The notes under the pieces were generated by a model. The model was not told where the DNA came from. It saw nothing but the letters and a program-made list of their open reading frames with translations, and did no database searches. Positions 48,301-63,300 of a stretch of DNA of 64,000 bases are shown in pieces (position 1 is the stretch's first letter; each line of letters opens with the position of its first letter). Source of the DNA: Macrostomum lignano (Eukaryota); NCBI GenBank assembly GCA_002269645.1, contig NIVC01001901.1, positions 124,001-188,000 of the forward strand, given 5' to 3'. The position numbers and the translations under genes are program-made.

Positions 48301-51300
48301 TCCATTCTATTCCTTCATCCGTGATGGCTATAGATTAGCAATCCATTTTATTCCTAGCCTCCATGTAATAATGGAAGCCTCCATTGGCCTCCATTACGTA
48401 CATGCTCGAGCGATTAGCACATCCATTCTATTCCTTCATCCGTGATGGCTATAGATTAGCAATCCATTTTATTCCTAGCCTCCATGTAATAATGGAAGCC
48501 TCCATTGGCCTCCATTACGTACATGCTCGAGCGATTGCACATCCATTCTATTCCTTCATCCGTGATGGCTATAGATTAGCAATCCATTTTATTCCTAGCC
48601 TCCATGTAATAATGGAAGCCTCCATTGGCCTCCATTACGTACATGCTCGAGCGATTAGCACATCCATTCTATTCCTTCATCCGTGATGGCTATAGATTAG
48701 CAATCCATTTTATTCCTAGCCTCCATGTAATAATGGAAGCCTCCATTGGCCTCCATTACGTACATGCTCGAGCGATTAGCACATCCATTCTATTCCTTCA
48801 TCCGTGATGGCTATAGATTAGCAATCCATTTTATTCCTAGCCTCCATGTAATAATGGAAGCCTCCATTGGCCTCCATTACGTACATGCTCGAGCGATTAG
48901 CACATCCATTCTATTCCTTCATCCGTGATGGCTATAGATTAGCAATCCATTTTATTCCTAGCCTCCATGTAATAATGGAAGCCTCCATTGGCCTCCATTA
49001 CGTACATGCTCGAGCGATTAGCACATCCATTCTATTCCTTCATCCGTGATGGCTATAGATTAGCAATCCATTTTATTCCTAGCCTCCATGTAATAATGGA
49101 AGCCTCCATTGGCCTCCATTACGTACATGCTCGAGCGATTGCACATCCATTCTATTCCTTCATCCGTGATGGCTATAGATTAGCAATCCATTTTATTCCT
49201 AGCCTCCATGTAATAATGGAAGCCTCCATTGGCCTCCATTACGTACATGCTCGAGCGATTAGCACATCCATTCTATTCCTTCATCCGTGATGGCTATAGA
49301 TTAGCAATCCATTTTATTCCTAGCCTCCATGTAATAATGGAAGCCTCCATTGGCCTCCATTACGTACATGCTCGAGCGATTAGCACATCCATTCTATTCC
49401 TTCATCCGTGATGGCTATAGATTAGCAATCCATTTTATTCCTAGCCTCCATGTAATAATGGAAGCCTCCATTGGCCTCCATTACGTACATGCTCGAGCGA
49501 TTAGCACATCCATTCTATTCCTTCATCCGTGATGGCTATAGATTAGCAATCCATTTTATTCCTAGCCTCCATGTAATAATGGAAGCCTCCATTGGCCTCC
49601 ATTACGTACATGCTCGAGCGATTAGCACATCCATTCTATTCCTTCATCCGTGATGGCTATAGATTAGCAATCCATTTTATTCCTAGCCTCCATGTAATAA
49701 TGGAAGCCTCCATTGGCCTCCATTACGTACATGCTCGAGCGATTAGCACATCCATTCTATTCCTTCATCCGTGATGGCTATAGATTAGCAATCCATTTTA
49801 TTCCTAGCCTCCATGTAATAATGGAAGCCTCCATTGGCCTCCATTACGTACATGCTCGAGCGATTAGCACATCCATTCTATTCCTTCATCCGTGATGGCT
49901 ATAGATTAGCAATCCATTTTATTCCTAGCCTCCATGTAATAATGGAAGCCTCCATTGGCCTCCATTACGTACATGCTCGAGCGATTAGCACATCCATTCT
50001 ATTCCTTCATCCGTGATGGCTATAGATTAGCAATCCATTTTATTCCTAGCCTCCATGTAATAATGGAAGCCTCCATTGGCCTCCATTACGTACATGCTCG
50101 AGCGATTAGCACATCCATTCTATTCCTTCATCCGTGATGGCTATAGATTAGCAATCCATTTTATTCCTAGCCTCCATGTAATAATGGAAGCCTCCATTGG
50201 CCTCCATTACGTACATGCTCGAGCGATTAGCACATCCATTCTATTCCTTCATCCGTGATGGCTATAGATTAGCAATCCATTTTATTCCTAGCCTCCATGT
50301 AATAATGGAAGCCTCCATTGGCCTCCATTACGTACATGCTCGAGCGATTAGCACATCCATTCTATTCCTTCATCCGTGATGGCTATAGATTAGCAATCCA
50401 TTTTATTCCTAGCCTCCATGTAATAATGGAAGCCTCCATTGGCCTCCATTACGTACATGCTCGAGCGATTAGCACATCCATTCTATTCCTTCATCCGTGA
50501 TGGCTATAGATTAGCAATCCATTTTATTCCTAGCCTCCATGTAATAATGGAAGCCTCCATTGGCCTCCATTACGTACATGCTCGAGCGATTAGCACATCC
50601 ATTCTATTCCTTCATCCGTGATGGCTATAGATTAGCAATCCATTTTATTCCTAGCCTCCATGTAATAATGGAAGCCTCCATTGGCCTCCATTACGTACAT
50701 GCTCGAGCGATTAGCACATCCATTCTATTCCTTCATCCGTGATGGCTATAGATTAGCAATCCATTTTATTCCTAGCCTCCATGTAATAATGGAAGCCTCC
50801 ATTGGCCTCCATTACGTACATGCTCGAGCGATTAGCACATCCATTCTATTCCTTCATCCGTGATGGCTATAGATTAGCAATCCATTTTATTCCTAGCCTC
50901 CATGTAATAATGGAAGCCTCCATTGGCCTCCATTACGTACATGCTCGAGCGATTAGCACATCCATTCTATTCCTTCATCCGTGATGGCTATAGATTAGCA
51001 ATCCATTTTATTCCTAGCCTCCATGTAATAATGGAAGCCTCCATTGGCCTCCATTACGTACATGCTCGAGCGATTAGCACATCCATTCTATTCCTTCATC
51101 CGTGATGGCTATAGATTAGCAATCCATTTTATTCCTAGCCTCCATGTAATAATGGAAGCCTCCATTGGCCTCCATTACGTACATGCTCGAGCGATTAGCA
51201 CATCCATTCTATTCCTTCATCCGTGATGGCTATAGATTAGCAATCCATTTTATTCCTAGCCTCCATGTAATAATGGAAGCCTCCATTGGCCTCCATTACG

Positions 51301-54300
51301 TACATGCTCGAGCGATTAGCACATCCATTCTATTCCTTCATCCGTGATGGCTATAGATTAGCAATCCATTTTATTCCTAGCCTCCATGTAATAATGGAAG
51401 CCTCCATTGGCCTCCATTACGTACATGCTCGAGCGATTAGCACATCCATTCTATTCCTTCATCCGTGATGGCTATAGATTAGCAATCCATTTTATTCCTA
51501 GCCTCCATGTAATAATGGAAGCCTCCATTGGCCTCCATTACGTACATGCTCGAGCGATTAGCACATCCATTCTATTCCTTCATCCGTGATGGCTATAGAT
51601 TAGCAATCCATTTTATTCCTAGCCTCCATGTAATAATGGAAGCCTCCATTGGCCTCCATTACGTACATGCTCGAGCGATTAGCACATCCATTCTATTCCT
51701 TCATCCGTGATGGCTATAGATTAGCAATCCATTTTATTCCTAGCCTCCATGTAATAATGGAAGCCTCCATTGGCCTCCATTACGTACATGCTCGAGCGAT
51801 TAGCACATCCATTCTATTCCTTCATCCGTGATGGCTATAGATTAGCAATCCATTTTATTCCTAGCCTCCATGTAATAATGGAAGCCTCCATTGGCCTCCA
51901 TTACGTACATGCTCGAGCGATTGCACATCCATTCTATTCCTTCATCCGTGATGGCTATAGATTAGCAATCCATTTTATTCCTAGCCTCCATGTAATAATG
52001 GAAGCCTCCATTGGCCTCCATTACGTACATGCTCGAGCGATTAGCACATCCATTCTATTCCTTCATCCGTGATGGCTATAGATTAGCAATCCATTTTATT
52101 CCTAGCCTCCATGTAATAATGGAAGCCTCCATTGGCCTCCATTACGTACATGCTCGAGCGATTAGCACATCCATTCTATTCCTTCATCCGTGATGGCTAT
52201 AGATTAGCAATCCATTTTATTCCTAGCCTCCATGTAATAATGGAAGCCTCCATTGGCCTCCATTACGTACATGCTCGAGCGATTAGCACATCCATTCTAT
52301 TCCTTCATCCGTGATGGCTATAGATTAGCAATCCATTTTATTCCTAGCCTCCATGTAATAATGGAAGCCTCCATTGGCCTCCATTACGTACATGCTCGAG
52401 CGATTAGCACATCCATTCTATTCCTTCATCCGTGATGGCTATAGATTAGCAATCCATTTTATTCCTAGCCTCCATGTAATAATGGAAGCCTCCATTGGCC
52501 TCCATTACGTACATGCTCGAGCGATTAGCACATCCATTCTATTCCTTCATCCGTGATGGCTATAGATTAGCAATCCATTTTATTCCTAGCCTCCATGTAA
52601 TAATGGAAGCCTCCATTGGCCTCCATTACGTACATGCTCGAGCGATTAGCACATCCATTCTATTCCTTCATCCGTGATGGCTATAGATTAGCAATCCATT
52701 TTATTCCTAGCCTCCATGTAATAATGGAAGCCTCCATTGGCCTCCATTACGTACATGCTCGAGCGATTAGCACATCCATTCTATTCCTTCATCCGTGATG
52801 GCTATAGATTAGCAATCCATTTTATTCCTAGCCTCCATGTAATAATGGAAGCCTCCATTGGCCTCCATTACGTACATGCTCGAGCGATTAGCACATCCAT
52901 TCTATTCCTTCATCCGTGATGGCTATAGATTAGCAATCCATTTTATTCCTAGCCTCCATGTAATAATGGAAGCCTCCATTGGCCTCCATTACGTACATGC
53001 TCGAGCGATTAGCACATCCATTCTATTCCTTCATCCGTGATGGCTATAGATTAGCAATCCATTTTATTCCTAGCCTCCATGTAATAATGGAAGCCTCCAT
53101 TGGCCTCCATTACGTACATGCTCGAGCGATTAGCACATCCATTCTATTCCTTCATCCGTGATGGCTATAGATTAGCAATCCATTTTATTCCTAGCCTCCA
53201 TGTAATAATGGAAGCCTCCATTGGCCTCCATTACGTACATGCTCGAGCGATTAGCACATCCATTCTATTCCTTCATCCGTGATGGCTATAGATTAGCAAT
53301 CCATTTTATTCCTAGCCTCCATGTAATAATGGAAGCCTCCATTGGCCTCCATTACGTACATGCTCGAGCGATTAGCACATCCATTCTATTCCTTCATCCG
53401 TGATGGCTATAGATTAGCAATCCATTTTATTCCTAGCCTCCATGTAATAATGGAAGCCTCCATTGGCCTCCATTACGTACATGCTCGAGCGATTAGCACA
53501 TCCATTCTATTCCTTCATCCGTGATGGCTATAGATTAGCAATCCATTTTATTCCTAGCCTCCATGTAATAATGGAAGCCTCCATTGGCCTCCATTACGTA
53601 CATGCTCGAGCGATTAGCACATCCATTCTATTCCTTCATCCGTGATGGCTATAGATTAGCAATCCATTTTATTCCTAGCCTCCATGTAATAATGGAAGCC
53701 TCCATTGGCCTCCATTACGTACATGCTCGAGCGATTAGCACATCCATTCTATTCCTTCATCCGTGATGGCTATAGATTAGCAATCCATTTTATTCCTAGC
53801 CTCCATGTAATAATGGAAGCCTCCATTGGCCTCCATTACGTACATGCTCGAGCGATTAGCACATCCATTCTATTCCTTCATCCGTGATGGCTATAGATTA
53901 GCAATCCATTTTATTCCTAGCCTCCATGTAATAATGGAAGCCTCCATTGGCCTCCATTACGTACATGCTCGAGCGATTAGCACATCCATTCTATTCCTTC
54001 ATCCGTGATGGCTATAGATTAGCAATCCATTTTATTCCTAGCCTCCATGTAATAATGGAAGCCTCCATTGGCCTCCATTACGTACATGCTCGAGCGATTA
54101 GCACATCCATTCTATTCCTTCATCCGTGATGGCTATAGATTAGCAATCCATTTTATTCCTAGCCTCCATGTAATAATGGAAGCCTCCATTGGCCTCCATT
54201 ACGTACATGCTCGAGCGATTAGCACATCCATTCTATTCCTTCATCCGTGATGGCTATAGATTAGCAATCCATTTTATTCCTAGCCTCCATGTAATAATGG

Positions 54301-57300
54301 AAGCCTCCATTGGCCTCCATTACGTACATGCTCGAGCGATTAGCACATCCATTCTATTCCTTCATCCGTGATGGCTATAGATTAGCAATCCATTTTATTC
54401 CTAGCCTCCATGTAATAATGGAAGCCTCCATTGGCCTCCATTACGTACATGCTCGAGCGATTAGCACATCCATTCTATTCCTTCATCCGTGATGGCTATA
54501 GATTAGCAATCCATTTTATTCCTAGCCTCCATGTAATAATGGAAGCCTCCATTGGCCTCCATTACGTACATGCTCGAGCGATTAGCACATCCATTCTATT
54601 CCTTCATCCGTGATGGCTATAGATTAGCAATCCATTTTATTCCTAGCCTCCATGTAATAATGGAAGCCTCCATTGGCCTCCATTACGTACATGCTCGAGC
54701 GATTAGCACATCCATTCTATTCCTTCATCCGTGATGGCTATAGATTAGCAATCCATTTTATTCCTAGCCTCCATGTAATAATGGAAGCCTCCATTGGCCT
54801 CCATTACGTACATGCTCGAGCGATTAGCACATCCATTCTATTCCTTCATCCGTGATGGCTATAGATTAGCAATCCATTTTATTCCTAGCCTCCATGTAAT
54901 AATGGAAGCCTCCATTGGCCTCCATTACGTACATGCTCGAGCGATTAGCACATCCATTCTATTCCTTCATCCGTGATGGCTATAGATTAGCAATCCATTT
55001 TATTCCTAGCCTCCATGTAATAATGGAAGCCTCCATTGGCCTCCATTACGTACATGCTCGAGCGATTAGCACATCCATTCTATTCCTTCATCCGTGATGG
55101 CTATAGATTAGCAATCCATTTTATTCCTAGCCTCCATGTAATAATGGAAGCCTCCATTGGCCTCCATTACGTACATGCTCGAGCGATTAGCACATCCATT
55201 CTATTCCTTCATCCGTGATGGCTATAGATTAGCAATCCATTTTATTCCTAGCCTCCATGTAATAATGGAAGCCTCCATTGGCCTCCATTACGTACATGCT
55301 CGAGCGATTAGCACATCCATTCTATTCCTTCATCCGTGATGGCTATAGATTAGCAATCCATTTTATTCCTAGCCTCCATGTAATAATGGAAGCCTCCATT
55401 GGCCTCCATTACGTACATGCTCGAGCGATTAGCACATCCATTCTATTCCTTCATCCGTGATGGCTATAGATTAGCAATCCATTTTATTCCTAGCCTCCAT
55501 GTAATAATGGAAGCCTCCATTGGCCTCCATTACGTACATGCTCGAGCGATTAGCACATCCATTCTATTCCTTCATCCGTGATGGCTATAGATTAGCAATC
55601 CATTTTATTCCTAGCCTCCATGTAATAATGGAAGCCTCCATTGGCCTCCATTACGTACATGCTCGAGCGATTAGCACATCCATTCTATTCCTTCATCCGT
55701 GATGGCTATAGATTAGCAATCCATTTTATTCCTAGCCTCCATGTAATAATGGAAGCCTCCATTGGCCTCCATTACGTACATGCTCGAGCGATTAGCACAT
55801 CCATTCTATTCCTTCATCCGTGATGGCTATAGATTAGCAATCCATTTTATTCCTAGCCTCCATGTAATAATGGAAGCCTCCATTGGCCTCCATTACGTAC
55901 ATGCTCGAGCGATTAGCACATCCATTCTATTCCTTCATCCGTGATGGCTATAGATTAGCAATCCATTTTATTCCTAGCCTCCATGTAATAATGGAAGCCT
56001 CCATTGGCCTCCATTACGTACATGCTCGAGCGATTAGCACATCCATTCTATTCCTTCATCCGTGATGGCTATAGATTAGCAATCCATTTTATTCCTAGCC
56101 TCCATGTAATAATGGAAGCCTCCATTGGCCTCCATTACGTACATGCTCGAGCGATTAGCACATCCATTCTATTCCTTCATCCGTGATGGCTATAGATTAG
56201 CAATCCATTTTATTCCTAGCCTCCATGTAATAATGGAAGCCTCCATTGGCCTCCATTACGTACATGCTCGAGCGATTAGCACATCCATTCTATTCCTTCA
56301 TCCGTGATGGCTATAGATTAGCAATCCATTTTATTCCTAGCCTCCATGTAATAATGGAAGCCTCCATTGGCCTCCATTACGTACATGCTCGAGCGATTAG
56401 CACATCCATTCTATTCCTTCATCCGTGATGGCTATAGATTAGCAATCCATTTTATTCCTAGCCTCCATGTAATAATGGAAGCCTCCATTGGCCTCCATTA
56501 CGTACATGCTCGAGCGATTAGCACATCCATTCTATTCCTTCATCCGTGATGGCTATAGATTAGCAATCCATTTTATTCCTAGCCTCCATGTAATAATGGA
56601 AGCCTCCATTGGCCTCCATTACGTACATGCTCGAGCGATTAGCACATCCATTCTATTCCTTCATCCGTGATGGCTATAGATTAGCAATCCATTTTATTCC
56701 TAGCCTCCATGTAATAATGGAAGCCTCCATTGGCCTCCATTACGTACATGCTCGAGCGATTAGCACATCCATTCTATTCCTTCATCCGTGATGGCTATAG
56801 ATTAGCAATCCATTTTATTCCTAGCCTCCATGTAATAATGGAAGCCTCCATTGGCCTCCATTACGTACATGCTCGAGCGATTAGCACATCCATTCTATTC
56901 CTTCATCCGTGATGGCTATAGATTAGCAATCCATTTTATTCCTAGCCTCCATGTAATAATGGAAGCCTCCATTGGCCTCCATTACGTACATGCTCGAGCG
57001 ATTAGCACATCCATTCTATTCCTTCATCCGTGATGGCTATAGATTAGCAATCCATTTTATTCCTAGCCTCCATGTAATAATGGAAGCCTCCATTGGCCTC
57101 CATTACGTACATGCTCGAGCGATTAGCACATCCATTCTATTCCTTCATCCGTGATGGCTATAGATTAGCAATCCATTTTATTCCTAGCCTCCATGTAATA
57201 ATGGAAGCCTCCATTGGCCTCCATTACGTACATGCTCGAGCGATTAGCACATCCATTCTATTCCTTCATCCGTGATGGCTATAGATTAGCAATCCATTTT

Positions 57301-60300
57301 ATTCCTAGCCTCCATGTAATAATGGAAGCCTCCATTGGCCTCCATTACGTACATGCTCGAGCGATTAGCACATCCATTCTATTCCTTCATCCGTGATGGC
57401 TATAGATTAGCAATCCATTTTATTCCTAGCCTCCATGTAATAATGGAAGCCTCCATTGGCCTCCATTACGTACATGCTCGAGCGATTAGCACATCCATTC
57501 TATTCCTTCATCCGTGATGGCTATAGATTAGCAATCCATTTTATTCCTAGCCTCCATGTAATAATGGAAGCCTCCATTGGCCTCCATTACGTACATGCTC
57601 GAGCGATTAGCACATCCATTCTATTCCTTCATCCGTGATGGCTATAGATTAGCAATCCATTTTATTCCTAGCCTCCATGTAATAATGGAAGCCTCCATTG
57701 GCCTCCATTACGTACATGCTCGAGCGATTAGCACATCCATTCTATTCCTTCATCCGTGATGGCTATAGATTAGCAATCCATTTTATTCCTAGCCTCCATG
57801 TAATAATGGAAGCCTCCATTGGCCTCCATTACGTACATGCTCGAGCGATTAGCACATCCATTCTATTCCTTCATCCGTGATGGCTATAGATTAGCAATCC
57901 ATTTTATTCCTAGCCTCCATGTAATAATGGAAGCCTCCATTGGCCTCCATTACGTACATGCTCGAGCGATTAGCACATCCATTCTATTCCTTCATCCGTG
58001 ATGGCTATAGATTAGCAATCCATTTTATTCCTAGCCTCCATGTAATAATGGAAGCCTCCATTGGCCTCCATTACGTACATGCTCGAGCGATTAGCACATC
58101 CATTCTATTCCTTCATCCGTGATGGCTATAGATTAGCAATCCATTTTATTCCTAGCCTCCATGTAATAATGGAAGCCTCCATTGGCCTCCATTACGTACA
58201 TGCTCGAGCGATTAGCACATCCATTCTATTCCTTCATCCGTGATGGCTATAGATTAGCAATCCATTTTATTCCTAGCCTCCATGTAATAATGGAAGCCTC
58301 CATTGGCCTCCATTACGTACATGCTCGAGCGATTAGCACATCCATTCTATTCCTTCATCCGTGATGGCTATAGATTAGCAATCCATTTTATTCCTAGCCT
58401 CCATGTAATAATGGAAGCCTCCATTGGCCTCCATTACGTACATGCTCGAGCGATTAGCACATCCATTCTATTCCTTCATCCGTGATGGCTATAGATTAGC
58501 AATCCATTTTATTCCTAGCCTCCATGTAATAATGGAAGCCTCCATTGGCCTCCATTACGTACATGCTCGAGCGATTAGCACATCCATTCTATTCCTTCAT
58601 CCGTGATGGCTATAGATTAGCAATCCATTTTATTCCTAGCCTCCATGTAATAATGGAAGCCTCCATTGGCCTCCATTACGTACATGCTCGAGCGATTAGC
58701 ACATCCATTCTATTCCTTCATCCGTGATGGCTATAGATTAGCAATCCATTTTATTCCTAGCCTCCATGTAATAATGGAAGCCTCCATTGGCCTCCATTAC
58801 GTACATGCTCGAGCGATTAGCACATCCATTCTATTCCTTCATCCGTGATGGCTATAGATTAGCAATCCATTTTATTCCTAGCCTCCATGTAATAATGGAA
58901 GCCTCCATTGGCCTCCATTACGTACATGCTCGAGCGATTAGCACATCCATTCTATTCCTTCATCCGTGATGGCTATAGATTAGCAATCCATTTTATTCCT
59001 AGCCTCCATGTAATAATGGAAGCCTCCATTGGCCTCCATTACGTACATGCTCGAGCGATTAGCACATCCATTCTATTCCTTCATCCGTGATGGCTATAGA
59101 TTAGCAATCCATTTTATTCCTAGCCTCCATGTAATAATGGAAGCCTCCATTGGCCTCCATTACGTACATGCTCGAGCGATTAGCACATCCATTCTATTCC
59201 TTCATCCGTGATGGCTATAGATTAGCAATCCATTTTATTCCTAGCCTCCATGTAATAATGGAAGCCTCCATTGGCCTCCATTACGTACATGCTCGAGCGA
59301 TTAGCACATCCATTCTATTCCTTCATCCGTGATGGCTATAGATTAGCAATCCATTTTATTCCTAGCCTCCATGTAATAATGGAAGCCTCCATTGGCCTCC
59401 ATTACGTACATGCTCGAGCGATTAGCACATCCATTCTATTCCTTCATCCGTGATGGCTATAGATTAGCAATCCATTTTATTCCTAGCCTCCATGTAATAA
59501 TGGAAGCCTCCATTGGCCTCCATTACGTACATGCTCGAGCGATTAGCACATCCATTCTATTCCTTCATCCGTGATGGCTATAGATTAGCAATCCATTTTA
59601 TTCCTAGCCTCCATGTAATAATGGAAGCCTCCATTGGCCTCCATTACGTACATGCTCGAGCGATTAGCACATCCATTCTATTCCTTCATCCGTGATGGCT
59701 ATAGATTAGCAATCCATTTTATTCCTAGCCTCCATGTAATAATGGAAGCCTCCATTGGCCTCCATTACGTACATGCTCGAGCGATTAGCACATCCATTCT
59801 ATTCCTTCATCCGTGATGGCTATAGATTAGCAATCCATTTTATTCCTAGCCTCCATGTAATAATGGAAGCCTCCATTGGCCTCCATTACGTACATGCTCG
59901 AGCGATTAGCACATCCATTCTATTCCTTCATCCGTGATGGCTATAGATTAGCAATCCATTTTATTCCTAGCCTCCATGTAATAATGGAAGCCTCCATTGG
60001 CCTCCATTACGTACATGCTCGAGCGATTAGCACATCCATTCTATTCCTTCATCCGTGATGGCTATAGATTAGCAATCCATTTTATTCCTAGCCTCCATGT
60101 AATAATGGAAGCCTCCATTGGCCTCCATTACGTACATGCTCGAGCGATTAGCACATCCATTCTATTCCTTCATCCGTGATGGCTATAGATTAGCAATCCA
60201 TTTTATTCCTAGCCTCCATGTAATAATGGAAGCCTCCATTGGCCTCCATTACGTACATGCTCGAGCGATTAGCACATCCATTCTATTCCTTCATCCGTGA

Positions 60301-63300
60301 TGGCTATAGATTAGCAATCCATTTTATTCCTAGCCTCCATGTAATAATGGAAGCCTCCATTGGCCTCCATTACGTACATGCTCGAGCGATTAGCACATCC
60401 ATTCTATTCCTTCATCCGTGATGGCTATAGATTAGCAATCCATTTTATTCCTAGCCTCCATGTAATAATGGAAGCCTCCATTGGCCTCCATTACGTACAT
60501 GCTCGAGCGATTAGCACATCCATTCTATTCCTTCATCCGTGATGGCTATAGATTAGCAATCCATTTTATTCCTAGCCTCCATGTAATAATGGAAGCCTCC
60601 ATTGGCCTCCATTACGTACATGCTCGAGCGATTAGCACATCCATTCTATTCCTTCATCCGTGATGGCTATAGATTAGCAATCCATTTTATTCCTAGCCTC
60701 CATGTAATAATGGAAGCCTCCATTGGCCTCCATTACGTACATGCTCGAGCGATTAGCACATCCATTCTATTCCTTCATCCGTGATGGCTATAGATTAGCA
60801 ATCCATTTTATTCCTAGCCTCCATGTAATAATGGAAGCCTCCATTGGCCTCCATTACGTACATGCTCGAGCGATTAGCACATCCATTCTATTCCTTCATC
60901 CGTGATGGCTATAGATTAGCAATCCATTTTATTCCTAGCCTCCATGTAATAATGGAAGCCTCCATTGGCCTCCATTACGTACATGCTCGAGCGATTAGCA
61001 CATCCATTCTATTCCTTCATCCGTGATGGCTATAGATTAGCAATCCATTTTATTCCTAGCCTCCATGTAATAATGGAAGCCTCCATTGGCCTCCATTACG
61101 TACATGCTCGAGCGATTAGCACATCCATTCTATTCCTTCATCCGTGATGGCTATAGATTAGCAATCCATTTTATTCCTAGCCTCCATGTAATAATGGAAG
61201 CCTCCATTGGCCTCCATTACGTACATGCTCGAGCGATTAGCACATCCATTCTATTCCTTCATCCGTGATGGCTATAGATTAGCAATCCATTTTATTCCTA
61301 GCCTCCATGTAATAATGGAAGCCTCCATTGGCCTCCATTACGTACATGCTCGAGCGATTAGCACATCCATTCTATTCCTTCATCCGTGATGGCTATAGAT
61401 TAGCAATCCATTTTATTCCTAGCCTCCATGTAATAATGGAAGCCTCCATTGGCCTCCATTACGTACATGCTCGAGCGATTAGCACATCCATTCTATTCCT
61501 TCATCCGTGATGGCTATAGATTAGCAATCCATTTTATTCCTAGCCTCCATGTAATAATGGAAGCCTCCATTGGCCTCCATTACGTACATGCTCGAGCGAT
61601 TAGCACATCCATTCTATTCCTTCATCCGTGATGGCTATAGATTAGCAATCCATTTTATTCCTAGCCTCCATGTAATAATGGAAGCCTCCATTGGCCTCCA
61701 TTACGTACATGCTCGAGCGATTAGCACATCCATTCTATTCCTTCATCCGTGATGGCTATAGATTAGCAATCCATTTTATTCCTAGCCTCCATGTAATAAT
61801 GGAAGCCTCCATTGGCCTCCATTACGTACATGCTCGAGCGATTAGCACATCCATTCTATTCCTTCATCCGTGATGGCTATAGATTAGCAATCCATTTTAT
61901 TCCTAGCCTCCATGTAATAATGGAAGCCTCCATTGGCCTCCATTACGTACATGCTCGAGCGATTAGCACATCCATTCTATTCCTTCATCCGTGATGGCTA
62001 TAGATTAGCAATCCATTTTATTCCTAGCCTCCATGTAATAATGGAAGCCTCCATTGGCCTCCATTACGTACATGCTCGAGCGATTAGCACATCCATTCTA
62101 TTCCTTCATCCGTGATGGCTATAGATTAGCAATCCATTTTATTCCTAGCCTCCATGTAATAATGGAAGCCTCCATTGGCCTCCATTACGTACATGCTCGA
62201 GCGATTAGCACATCCATTCTATTCCTTCATCCGTGATGGCTATAGATTAGCAATCCATTTTATTCCTAGCCTCCATGTAATAATGGAAGCCTCCATTGGC
62301 CTCCATTACGTACATGCTCGAGCGATTAGCACATCCATTCTATTCCTTCATCCGTGATGGCTATAGATTAGCAATCCATTTTATTCCTAGCCTCCATGTA
62401 ATAATGGAAGCCTCCATTGGCCTCCATTACGTACATGCTCGAGCGATTAGCACATCCATTCTATTCCTTCATCCGTGATGGCTATAGATTAGCAATCCAT
62501 TTTATTCCTAGCCTCCATGTAATAATGGAAGCCTCCATTGGCCTCCATTACGTACATGCTCGAGCGATTAGCACATCCATTCTATTCCTTCATCCGTGAT
62601 GGCTATAGATTAGCAATCCATTTTATTCCTAGCCTCCATGTAATAATGGAAGCCTCCATTGGCCTCCATTACGTACATGCTCGAGCGATTAGCACATCCA
62701 TTCTATTCCTTCATCCGTGATGGCTATAGATTAGCAATCCATTTTATTCCTAGCCTCCATGTAATAATGGAAGCCTCCATTGGCCTCCATTACGTACATG
62801 CTCGAGCGATTAGCACATCCATTCTATTCCTTCATCCGTGATGGCTATAGATTAGCAATCCATTTTATTCCTAGCCTCCATGTAATAATGGAAGCCTCCA
62901 TTGGCCTCCATTACGTACATGCTCGAGCGATTAGCACATCCATTCTATTCCTTCATCCGTGATGGCTATAGATTAGCAATCCATTTTATTCCTAGCCTCC
63001 ATGTAATAATGGAAGCCTCCATTGGCCTCCATTACGTACATGCTCGAGCGATTAGCACATCCATTCTATTCCTTCATCCGTGATGGCTATAGATTAGCAA
63101 TCCATTTTATTCCTAGCCTCCATGTAATAATGGAAGCCTCCATTGGCCTCCATTACGTACATGCTCGAGCGATTAGCACATCCATTCTATTCCTTCATCC
63201 GTGATGGCTATAGATTAGCAATCCATTTTATTCCTAGCCTCCATGTAATAATGGAAGCCTCCATTGGCCTCCATTACGTACATGCTCGAGCGATTAGCAC

